A stretch of DNA of 64,000 nucleotides from Balanoglossus misakiensis (taxonomy: Eukaryota; Animalia; Hemichordata): contig CM082576.2 in assembly GCA_040954595.2 (NCBI GenBank), positions 11,659,129 through 11,723,128 on the forward strand, read 5' to 3'. Position numbers and translations under genes: made by a program. The notes under the pieces were generated by a model that was given only the letters and a program-made list of their open reading frames with translations, made no database searches and was not told the origin of the DNA. Shown piece by piece: positions 1-11,608 of the stretch (positions within the stretch are counted from its first letter, which is position 1; each line of letters begins with the position of its first letter).

Positions 1-226
1 TGAACTGCAGTCCGACTTTGCAGAATGGATTAACATAACTACATACAATCAATGAATTAAGGTTTGTCGTCAGCAGGGATGGCAGTAAAGCATAAAATTT
101 ATGCAAGGTTTAAACAATAGCAATAGAATACTGTTAAACTGTTTAAGTCATGTACAGATAATGATATGGTATTAGGGTAAACCAGCAAGTACATTGACAT
201 CGAATATTCAAAACTCGTTGACTTAC

Positions 227-1075
227 CGTAGCAACAGCTATGATGAGAAACAGTGATCTTGGTACCAGTTTACGAAACGCATCTTCATCTTTCTCTCCCA
301 GTACAGTGTAATACTGACTAGGAATTAAACCAACCCAATAGATGATTAACTGCTCTGTTGTGATAGGAATGAAAAACAATCATTCATAAAAGTCAGTTAA
401 TCGTCCGGAACAACAGAATGTATGGTGCATCTAATTGCTGCAATAATGACATTATTACTGCAGGTATATTCATACACTATTGAATGTTGAGCTAATTTAT
501 ACAGTCTGACACTTTGCTCTGTATCTGATGATGTTCAAACTCTTTTCCAAGACATGATATCTGAAAATAAAGCCTGTGTATATATGATCGGTTCTTACCT
601 ATGAGTGCGACTATCAAAAGTAACGTGAACAACAGAAAACTAGCAGACTTTATTCTTGGAAATATTATCTTGCAAACTTGCCAGAATCTCTTCACAAACA
701 GCCAGTCACATTTGTAGCTGGAAAAATATGGATGAAATAACGCACCTCTGGTTAAAACAGGTGAATGTGCAAAATTATTGAATCAGTACTACAAAAATGA
801 AAAATATTAAATGTACTTTTTGTACAAGTATCTGTTCAAACCATTTTCACCTTTTTTATATTTTGAAAAGTCCGCGAAACTATGCATTTTTCCGCGTCTA
901 CCACCACTGTTATTCTAAATTATTTACTGTACACTTTATAGAAAAGAATCCAGAACAATGAGAAACCTTAACTTCAGGTCATAGGTCACAAAGGTCACGC
1001 TAGAATCAAGATGTCATCTGAATCTTGAAAGGCTTACACAACACTTTCCATCGTGACATCATCGAAGACTTCCAT
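227..1075 (-). CDS. ABCD4: ABC transporter subfamily D member 4 (lysosomal cobalamin exporter), first three coding exons; gene continues past the window start
   Basis: Exons ~1038-1075, 599-717 and 227-354 have GT-AG sites and join in frame: MEVFDDVTMESVVYKCDWLFVKRFWQVCKIIFPR...[31 protein letters not shown]. This resembles the ABCD4 N-terminus ([23 protein letters not shown]). The first exon is the least certain. Confidence 0.85.
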
Positions 1076-1688
1076 CTGAAAGTTGATGGTTTTGACTGCA
1101 ATTGTAACATTTCAACAGGCATCTCATCCGATCTAATGGCGAAACGTTTGAGTAACACACACACGCGCGCACCTACCTCTTAGTAGCAGACGACCCGTTC
1201 CCATCCTTACCGCAACACGCCATGCTGGACAGTGTTTACAAATTGTCAGCTGGAGCCAACGTGTGTGCAGCGGAGTGCTTTCAAGGTTGAAACCTTAGGT
1301 CAGATTTCTGTGGCTGTTGTCGAAGCTACGAGGTAAGAATCGGATGGAGGGTTTTTATAGTTTTATCCCCCGACAAGACCTTGCAGAATGCGAATAAAGT
1401 GTAGAAGTGGAAAGTGAAGTTCTTGGAATTCATTTTACATGCGGCATGATACAACACTGTGGCCAGGTTCTTTCGCACTACCCTCTACCGCTGGTGGCGC
1501 TGCAACCAAACCACCGTTGACCCCTGCGTTGACCCACAGCACAGGTGCCTGTGGTTGCCGGGCAACGGCATCAACCACGGGCACCGTACCAGGCCTTCAT
1601 GTGACGTGCGTGACACGTGACGTGTATGTCCTACATACATGAATTTACACTATGCTTCTTCCATCCGGTTCGAAGTCCGGGTCGAACC

Positions 1689-4600
1689 ATGGAAGGGATC
1701 AGACAACGACAAATTGGCTATGGCAAAAGCGAAACGCAAGACCACACGTTCGACGACGATGTAGATGACCATCGGCATCGTCAAGCACAGAAAGGGTATT
1801 AAGTAGTTTTTGCTTTTTTTTTTTTTTTTTTTTTTGGGGGGGGGGGGGGGCAGTATTTAGTGTTCCAGTCTGTTTGCCACAGCAAACTTATAATGGCATT
1901 TGTTTCCGGGCCAAAAATTTTAAGACTTTGAAAATTTGTGAGTGTGCTAAATGGTTTAAATGTCCATGTATATCCATTGCATTGCACTTATTTCCAATTT
2001 GTTAACTTTCAGATTTTTTACGTGTAGAGGTGTGTTTGCAGTTGTCACAGTAGCAGTTGTTATTACTGCTCTGATCGTTATTTTGTTGCCATCACCAATT
2101 CAGCCAAAAGCATTCAGGTAAATATTTTTGTCTTTATATTAATTGATAATATACATTGTATTGCTTGTTTTTTTTAAGTTAACTAAATTTTTAGCTAGAA
2201 AATTGGCAGTTCTTTTTAATGATTGTTGGTTCCCCCATCTCTGATTGTTTCTTTTGTTGCTACAGTCTACCTGATCCACCAGAGTTTGTTGGCGCATTAG
2301 CACCAAACAAGAAGTTACAGAAAGCCAAGAGACTTTTTGAAGGAGTTATCAAGGGTCCGGAATCAATTGCCATCCATGATGGTAAGATACACTACCATTA
2401 ATGAAGATGATTAGAAGTAAGCAACACTAATGCCAACTTCCGACTAGATCACAAAAAAACACTGAGGGTTCAGCTTGTGTGCAGGTTTCAATGTAACAAA
2501 AAATATTTCAAAATCACTGAATAGCCGGGGGTCTTTGTCTGTCATTTATTGAATTGAGCTTTCCAAGCTACTCAAACCTAATTGCCTGTTGAACAGAAAA
2601 TAAAGTATTTTTTTTGCTGGGCAGTTTTAATCATTCTTGAACAATGGCCTGTTCCTGATTGTCTGCTTACACAATAACTGGAAGTATTTTTTTTTTGCTG
2701 GTTACTTGCATCAATCGACCATTTAATTGTCAGTGAAAAAGCCTGACTATTTCTGATGGTCGACATGCATGCAAAGTCATAAGTTGATTGACCGTACTTT
2801 ATTGATTCATTATGAAAGATGAATAAATAAGTTTCCTGCAAAAAGAGGAATCTGATGATATTTTTTTTCCTCCCCTGTCGTAAATGTAGACGTTCTGTAT
2901 ACTGGTACTGCTGATGGGAAGGTCCTGAAAATCAGTGGTGAAAAAGTGGAATTGTTTGCGAGATTTGGAAATGATCCTTGTGGTAAGCTTTGGAATTGCA
3001 ATGGTTTTGGATGTACATGTGCATTATTGTGTGGGACAACACTGGTTGTATAGGTAGTAGCTTGAATATGGGTCAGTCACTGAAATTCGCACTTCTCAGA
3101 AAATGTAATTTGATTGGATTTTGTTTCACATAGTACATAAATGATGAATACAGACCATTTAAACATACCCAGTTAGTCTGAACATTTTTCTGAAAAGAAT
3201 TTTTATATTCAGAGAAATGGGGGTCCCAGCATTGACTGCAAACAAGTGCCAAAAAATCTTTCCTCTAAGCTTTATTCTCCAATGAATTTGACACAATTAA
3301 AAATTTCAGTATGAATTTATGTGTGTAAAGTTGCTAAACCTGTTGTATTTTCATCTGAAGGTGAACACAAAGACGAACCCACGTGTGGCAGACCACTCGG
3401 GATCAGAGTGAGACCAAATGGTACCGTGTTTTCCATAGATGCCTACAAGGGACTGTTTCAGATCGACAGTGAAACGGGTAACTTTTTCGTGATAATCAAC
3501 TTTTGACGTGTACATGCATGTACCAGTAGATTGTTACTTGCCATCATAATTACGATATTTCTCAACAAGTGAACAAACTGGTTGGAACCACTAGACTCAT
3601 TATCATGCAGGGTTACACCACAATTGGGGGGGGGGGTGGAACTATATAGAGGGGAATTGAAATGAGTTGAAATGACACAATTCCGTGTGTAGTGTACAGT
3701 GTAAATCCCACTGGTAGTTGATATACAACAGTCTATGAGCTTTTTACAGAAGAATGACATCTCTAAGTGGATTGATTTTTTTTTTACAGGTGATGTTGCA
3801 ACTCTGTTCTCATCGAAGTCTCTCATCGAGGGAAAAGCACCGCAGTTTTTGAATGATTTAGACATACAGGCTGATGGCATTGTGTACTTTACTGATTCTA
3901 GTCACAAATGGCAAAGAAGATATAACCGTTATGCTGCAGCCGAAGGTGGAGATTGTGGAAGGTACGTACGTATTGTATATAGACACACACACAGACAGAC
4001 ACACAGGCAGACATTGGGAGCACTTCAGCTTTCATATGTGAACTCAGGAGCTAAAAACAGCAAGTACCCAGTAGGTACATACCAGTACATGTACATGTAA
4101 TATACACATAGGCTATGAAAGTGGTAGATTTTAATATCAGGCCTTATTTTTCCTCTTGTTAAAAATGACTCACACTGTCTCCTCAGGTTGCTATGGTACA
4201 ACCCTGTAACCAGGAAAACGAAAGTATTGTTGAAGAACCTGCATTTTTTGAATGGCGTACAGCTTTCTCCGGCTGAAGATTACTTGCTCGTATCCGAAAC
4301 AAGCAGAGCCAGAATACTCAAGTAGGTTCACTTCTCTAATTAGAAGAAGGCGAGGTACATTTTGTCATCTCTGACTTTCTGTTTCCCATTCGTTTCCCAT
4401 TAAACAGTTCCAAATGAGATCGAGTGAACATCCCATTGCTGGTCCACGATTGTCTCGTTCATAACTTTTTGAAATCTAAATTTTGAACTTGAGGGTGAAA
4501 CCAAATGAACACGTCATCGTTGCAGATACCATCTGAAAGGCCCCGATAGAGGCAGAGTGGAAATTTTTGCCGGGAATCTTCCGGGCCTTCCCGACAACAT

Positions 4601-5244
4601 ACGCAGGAGCAGTGGCGGAGGGTACTGGGTCGGAATTGCCGTGATCAGAAACCCCAAGTTTTCATTGTTTGATGTGATGGCTTCTCGACCCTGGATCAGG
4701 TCACTCATCTATAAAGTAAGCTCACTTCAATTGCAAGTACAGTGCCCAGTTGTATTTCTGAGGGTCGTGTCACATTTCTCGATGTATTCATGGCTAAACA
4801 ATAACTCATTATCTACAGCAATTTGCTATCTTCAGAAACACTATATCACGTACACCAATTTGAGAAAATCTCCATTTTGGCACCAAAAGCTCATTTCTTA
4901 TGATATTTTAACAGAAGTTTCATGTATTGTCACAAACACAGTTGCAAAAGAGGTTGTAGCATTATAAGGTGTACATTTCTCCAGAAATCACATCTCTTTT
5001 CATATGCATTCTGCATTTTTTCCCCCCATGATTACAGATATTTGACCAGGAGACTTTGGTAAAAATGCTTCCAAAGTACGGCTTGGCCATAGAACTTAAC
5101 GAAGACGGTAAAATCATCCAGAGTTTACACGACCCGACAGGCGAGGTGGTATCATCTGTGAGTGAAGTACTAGAGGCAGAAGCTGGGCAGCTATATCTCG
5201 GTTCCTACCATTCCCAATTTATTAGTAAAATAGACCTGTATTGA
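1689..5244 (+). CDS. APMAP: Adipocyte plasma membrane-associated protein / strictosidine synthase-like beta-propeller, copy 1
   Basis: Nine exons (~1689-1795, 2013-2117, 2266-2381, 2890-2982, 3361-3477, 3790-3961, 4187-4321, 4526-4715, 5038-5244). N-terminal TM helix, then GPESI, YTGTADGK, CGRPLGIR, DAYKGL, FLNDLDI..YFTDSS, NGVQLS, NLPGLPDNIR, SLHDPTG and LYLGSY motifs. Confidence 0.9.
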
Positions 5245-5271
5245 TCAGTTAATTTTTTTTACAGAAACGTA

Positions 5272-5435
5272 CAGCAAAACCTGCCTACACTGAATTATTT
5301 ACAAAACTGGAAATGTGTTTACTGAACACCTATTCCAACTTGGCAGTTCTTTTCACATAGTACACCATTTGAAACGAACATCTGTAAGCCAGTATTTTCG
5401 GTCTGATTTGTGTCCGGTTTAGGCAGGTTTTACTG
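5272..5435. mobile_element. Degenerate TA-flanked MITE (Tc1/pogo-like termini) in the APMAP copy 1 3' region
   Basis: TA-CAGCAAAACCTGCCTA ... TAGGCAGGTTTTACTG-TA: imperfect terminal inverted repeats flanked by TA. Confidence 0.55.
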
Positions 5436-6446
5436 TATTAAAAATTAACATACAGTATTAAAAAGAAACAATGGCAAAATTAACATACAGTATTAAAAGA
5501 AACAGTGGCATTTATATTTTGACATATTGGATATTCTAGCTATTTAATTCCAAAAATTATCTCACCTCCTAAAATATTCTTTAATAAGTGTACATTTTGG
5601 CAATACAATGTATGGTCAAACCTTATATATGGATATCTTCTATTTTATATTTAACTGATATGACAGAGAATACAAAACCACAAATCAGCTGGACTAACTG
5701 TGTTACAAAAATATCATGTATGTATAATTAAATCCAAAATAAAAATATATGCATTCTAAATTTTCTTTTATCCACTCAAGAAGTCTATGTGCAATCTTTG
5801 TTTTTTTCTACTCTCCTATGCTGCTGTATTATATATATGCCATATATTCTTTATAATATCCATGGTTCATTGACACATTTATATATATTGTTCTTATTCT
5901 TATTCAGACAAAGTGATTTTCTAAATACAATTTAAAAAAATTGATTATTTTGTCATCTTTTACTGTTTAAATAATTTTGGGCCTGGGCATTAAAGTTATG
6001 TTGTCATCTTTTAGCATGTGTGATGTGTATTCATTTGTAAGAGTCTAGGTGGTATCATTGCAAGGAGAAAAACGTTCAACAGGTGGTTGGAAAGTTGTAC
6101 TACAGCAATGATGGCATCCCTCCCCCAATATTAAACGGTCCACCCCTAAATCCTTGCCCCTTTCTACCGCTGGCTGCGCTGTGCTGTACTCAGCTGCATG
6201 TGAACCAAGATGTGAACCATGTGAACGCGTATGGGGCCCGTGTGGCCTGGCGTGACCTGTGATGCTGCTTCTGTTGGACCACCACCACTGCATGCACCGC
6301 CCGGGTCAGCTCAGTCACCTCCCGGTCGCATAGCTGCACTCTGAGGAGCGTTACTTCTGCTGACGGTTTTGCAGAAACCTGTTTAGTGGTGCTGGTGATC
6401 GTGTAGGACCTGGGAGGCCACCCACCGACTTGTCAGTGGCCAGACG

Positions 6447-9400
6447 ATGGAAGGGATCAGACAACGACAAACTGGCAAAGATGCCAAACGGGAAATGCAA
6501 GATCAAACGCTTGACGAAATGTCTGATGATGCTGATGCTCAGCGTCAAGCAAGAAAAGGGTATTTACATGTAGTAGTGTTTGCAGTATTCCCGTTGTTTC
6601 TCGCAGCATACAGTGGTGTATAATGTATGTACGTAACCATGGATATTATGACGCCGCCTACGGTATCATTTTATGTCCCTGACGTAACTCAGCGTGACAT
6701 CTCATTTGTTTGTTTGTTTGTTTATTAATTAATTAACTAAGTTATGTTATGCAAATATTAAACAAAGAAAATTATAGCTGCTTTCTGTCGGACGTAACCT
6801 GATTTTTTAGTAGGAAATGGTATGTTCAAGGCCTATCATAGTACTCATTTCTCGCAAAAATTCAGGTTGTCTTGGATGGATTGACAGAAAGCAGTTGTGT
6901 GTATTTTCTTCCTTTGGTGTTTAATGTTTTATATTTCACCATACAGAAATATCACCTGGCCTGCCTGTATATATACACATTAATAGAATAAAAAAATAGT
7001 AACCAGATATAAACAGATTTTGTGCCCACATGCTCGGAATTAATATGGGAAATATATGCAAATTAGCAGAAAACGATGCATATTAACAATTTATTTTCAT
7101 GAAAGTGCTTTATGTCTTTTAACGCATTCATACATTATAAGGTCAGTTGTACATCTGTAGCAAGTGAGATCATTGGGGGGGGGCAGCATTTTTTGATCCA
7201 TTTGCTTCATCTTTGCTGGGTACATGTACATCATTCTCCAATATCACTTATTAAAAAGCTTAATATCGAAGCATTTTTGTGACCTAGAACCTGTGAAATA
7301 TCTCTTAAACAATTCACATGTTAGATCAGTTAGAGTTAATATACAGCCATTCAGTCCTTCTTGTTGTTTACAGAGATTTTACATCTAGAAGTATTATCAT
7401 GGTATTTGCAGCAGCAATTTGTATTACAGCTGTGATAGTAATTTTGTTGCCATCACCGATTGAGCCAAAGACATTCAGGTAATCTTCAATTTCACGATTT
7501 TTTGGAATATCTATACAGCTGGTTTGTGTCATAAGTTGTCTTTTAAATACTTGGTTCAAATTTTTGGCTACTCATGCTGAAATTTTGTCACATTCTCATG
7601 AAAAAAAAAGGCAGTCATGCAGCTAAATTTCTTCACTTGCAGCACCCAGTTTTGATGTCACTCTATTGAGAATATTCTTTTACTAGAAAAAATACTATCA
7701 TTTTTAAATGATGCAGGTTTTTCCCCCCATTCTCATTGTTTTATTTGTAGTCTTCCTGATCCACCAGAGTTTGTGGGCGCATTGGCACCCAACAAGAAGT
7801 TACAGAAAGCCAAGAGACTTTTTGAAGGAGTTATCAAGGGTCCGGAATCAATTGATATTCATAATGGTAAGTGTGACACAGCACTATATAATTTACAGTT
7901 AACGAGACTAGAGCTTTAGAACACCTTGATGATTTTTTTTTCTCTCCTGGCACACATGTAGGTGTTCTATATACTGGCACTGCTGATGGGAAGATCCTAA
8001 AAATTACTGATGGAAATCTAGAAGTGTTTGCAAGATTTGGAACCGATCCTTGTGGTGAGCTGAATTTATGACTTAAAAGGCGATACATACCTATGGGCAT
8101 AGAGTTGTTGGTCAGTACAAAACAAGGTACTTGTATGGTCAACATATCTGATTTGTATTCTTCTCTGTACAAACTTAATTGCCCACACATATTTTCTATT
8201 GCCACTCAAGGTGAATACAAAGATGAACCCACATGTGGCAGACCGCTGGGCATTAGAATAAACCCCAATGGTACCATGTTTGCCATTGACGCCTACAAGG
8301 GTTTGTTTCAGATTGACACTAAAACAGGTAACTTTTTCAGTTTCGATCATCACTACCCCACGATGTGTACCCGCAAGTAGTTATATGCCATCAAAACAAT
8401 GACATTTCAAGTAAATGTGTGGTTTATATAAAACTATTCTGCGAAGCGATGGCTGCATTCTGTGGTCATATGGCACTGAAGAATCATGGCATCCTATAAC
8501 TGGTGCACTTGATTTCCAGGTGATGCAGCAACTCTAGTGTCGTCAGATACCGTCATCGACAAGAAACCGCTTAAGTTTATAAATGATTTAGACGTGCAGA
8601 CCGACGGCATCATATACTTCACCGATTCAAGTCACAAATGGCAAAGAAGACAGAACCGTTATGCCATCGCAGAAGGTGGAGATTGTGGAAGGTAATTGTG
8701 TCTCCCTCATAGTTATAAGTGACACATGTAGATTATCAGGCCTTATTTTTCCTTCTGTTAAAAATGACTCACACTGTCTCCTCAGGTTGCTATGGTACAA
8801 CCCTGTAACCAGGAAAACGAAAGTGTTGTTGAAGAACCTGCATTTTGCAAATGGTGTACAGCTATCTCCGGCTGAAGATTACTTGCTCGTATCTGAAACG
8901 AGCAGAGCCAGAATACTCAAGTAGGTTGACTTGTTTCTTTCTTTGGTAGACGTCAAATTCCCGACTTTGTCAGTGTGGTGTGGTTGAGGTTCTGCAGTGT
9001 CCAGCAAACATAATTTCTACCAATGCAAAAATGATTTGAGAGTACCGTAATAAAGCAAATGAACACATCATCTTTGCAGATACCATCTGAAAGGCCCCAA
9101 TAAAGGCAGAGTGGAAATTTTTGCCGGGAATCTTCCGGGCCTTCCAGACAACATACGCAGGAGCAGTGGCGGAGGGTACTGGGTCGGAATTGCTGCTGTC
9201 AGAAACGCTCAGTTTACAACGTACGATTTTATGGCTTCCAGACCATGGCTTAGGTCGCTGATCTTTAAAGTGAGTTAATTCTTCAATTAAAGGTCTTTGA
9301 AACTCTCGTAGTAACATTCTTTCTTGAAGCATTACTTGTTCCCAGTGCTTCGGGAAACGTTAAAGAGAAAAGTTGTGATAATGCTGTCACTGTCTGCTGG

Positions 9401-9854
9401 TTGTGTACATTTTCAGGCTCTCAGTTTGTTTGTTGTTTTATACCAAGCGCTTCAATATTGCAGAAAGCAGTCTTCGATTTATCCTTTGTATAGAAAAAAA
9501 AAGTCATGTTTCAACCGGATCTTAAGCACCAGTCATTAATAGAATTGAACATTTTGTGCTTTGATTGCTACATTCAGTTTGCCTGTAGTCGTGGTTCCCG
9601 GAACTAGAAATCTTTAAGGCATATTCTCCATTCTTCCTTGACCACAGATATTTGACCAGGAGATATTGCTGAAGTTCTTCCCAACGTACGGCTTGCTTCT
9701 GGAACTTAATGAAGATGGTCAGATCATCCAGAGTTTACACGACCCGACAGGCGAGGTCATACCAGCCGTGAGCGAAGTCTTAGAGGCAGAAGTTGGGCAA
9801 CTCTACCTTGGTTCCTACTACTTGCCATTTATTGGAAAGTTAAACTTGTATTGA
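6447..9854 (+). CDS. APMAP: APMAP / strictosidine synthase-like protein, tandem copy 2
   Basis: Same nine-exon structure and phases as copy 1. Starts MEGIRQRQTGKD and contains CGRPLGIR, FINDLDV..YFTDSS, LHFANGVQLS, NLPGLPDNIR and SLHDPTGEV..LYLGSY; stop TGA at 9852-9854. Confidence 0.9.
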
Positions 9855-9890
9855 TGGAATGGAAAAAACAAAATTATGGAATATAATAAA

Positions 9891-10012
9891 CAGCAGCAAC
9901 TGTCTAAACTGGCCGAATTCTGTACAAACCTGTCTATAGTGAACATAAAGTGTTAATAGACCCCCCATAACCTCCGAGTGTGCTCTGTGTCCAGTTTAGA
10001 TAGGTTTCACTG
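9891..10012. mobile_element. Degenerate MITE related to 5272-5435, in the APMAP copy 2 3' region
   Basis: Left end CAGCAGCAACTGTCTAAACTGG; right end TCCAGTTTAGATAGGTTTCACTG-TA. Right end matches that of the copy 1 element. Confidence 0.45.
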
Positions 10013-11121
10013 TATTGAAAAATAACAAAATTTAGATATATTCTACTTCCTGCAAATTCTTAAAACTGCAACAGGGAGTTCAACTCCACCAGGGTATGGA
10101 CAAAACCATGTGCATAAAGTAACATTAAAAATACATGTTCTCCTTATGGCTTTATCCGCATGTCTTGTGTTTAGTCCACTATCACATGACTTCTTGAGTG
10201 TTTGTTCACCATATAGCATTTCATTGCCATTTCAAGTCCCCCTTAATAATTGTAGATGAGGGAGCAGAGACTCACTCACAGCCCAGGTTCCATCAACCTC
10301 TTGAAACATCGTACACTGATGCGCCCTCAGCAGTTTGGCTGGTACAGACACATGAAGCCAGTGTGGTGTGTTGTGTAGCAGAATTTAGCAGCTTCCCCTA
10401 AGCTCGAGGTTGCATATTCTATAAGGGGATAAGATTTGTAGAGATGGCAAGTGGGGCTTTTGATATTAAAGTACCTGTGGGATTTTGCACTCAATTACAG
10501 TAATTTGCCAAACATTTGATGACGTCACTTTTGACTCATATTTTGGTAATTCCTTTATTTCTATTATACAACAGCGTCTACGCGCTCAACGAGAACCAGT
10601 GTGGATTGAAACTGTCGGAGATAAAACGAAACTACGTATGTACGTGCGTAAATGTTTTTTTATAAAGACGTTTATCGAACAAAACCATATGTTTCAAGAG
10701 ATTCTCTCATAGGCCTGTACCCACCGTTCTTTTTAGCGCAGTTTCGATCTGGAGTAATAAAGCTATGTTTAGAAAGTGGTCGATGCGGCGGTAACTCAAC
10801 AGCTGACAGAATGCGTACATTTGTCGCTGGTTAAAACTTTTGTCCACAAGGATACATGGTAAAATGTTTTATATCTTCTAAAACGGTGTGAAAAAGGTAT
10901 GTGCGTGATCAATGTAAGGGGTATGTAAAAAATCGGGTTTGACGGAGACACCAAGTAATGTTAAAAGAATCCGCCACAGTCCGAGTGTCCCGTCTCCAGG
11001 ACCCCTCCCCGATATCAAATGATAAAGCCCTTTCTAGCGCGAGTATTGACTGAAATCACACACTTGAAAAAGTCTGTCTCGGAAGAGTATCAATGGCCGG
11101 CAAGTGTGTTTCCAGGGATAC

Positions 11122-11184
<63 letters not shown>
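11122..11184. repeat. (GAT)n microsatellite
   Basis: Perfect GAT run of about 21 units. Confidence 0.98.
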
Positions 11185-11187
<3 letters not shown>

Positions 11188-11597
11188 TAGTGGTTGTGGT
11201 GCAATGCAAATGTAAAACAAAACATTTCAGATAATTTGTTTTCACTTTTTAGCCAAAAGCGAGCTTCCCGCACCTCGATGGGGATGAAATAAAAATGGCT
11301 AAACGGTTTTTGTAAATGGACTTAGGCCGAGATATTAATGCTAAAAAAGGTTCATTTTTATGAGTGATCGATAAAAAAATGTTAATTTGTAACCACGTTT
11401 CACTTAACATGCGCATATTTCAGTAAATCTGTTACTGATGACACAATTTACTTATACAGTGTAAGGTCCGCAAACTGGAAAAATCCAGTGTATACGCCCT
11501 ACTTTTATATGTGGGTCAATTATCTCATCACTAGTATACTGTGAATGGAAAGGGGTATAAACACAAGCCGTAAAGCCTTGAATGAAATAACGTTTGA

Positions 11598-11608
11598 AAG
11601 ATGGCGGC
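11598..11608 (+). promoter_or_regulatory. YY1 consensus overlapping the start codon of BCKDHA copy A
   Basis: AAGATGGCGGC matches the YY1 motif often found at housekeeping gene starts. Function untested. Confidence 0.4.

Noticed and set aside
1667-1673. GGTTCGA resembling a tRNA T-loop/B-box
   Set aside because: No cloverleaf or properly spaced A-box around it.
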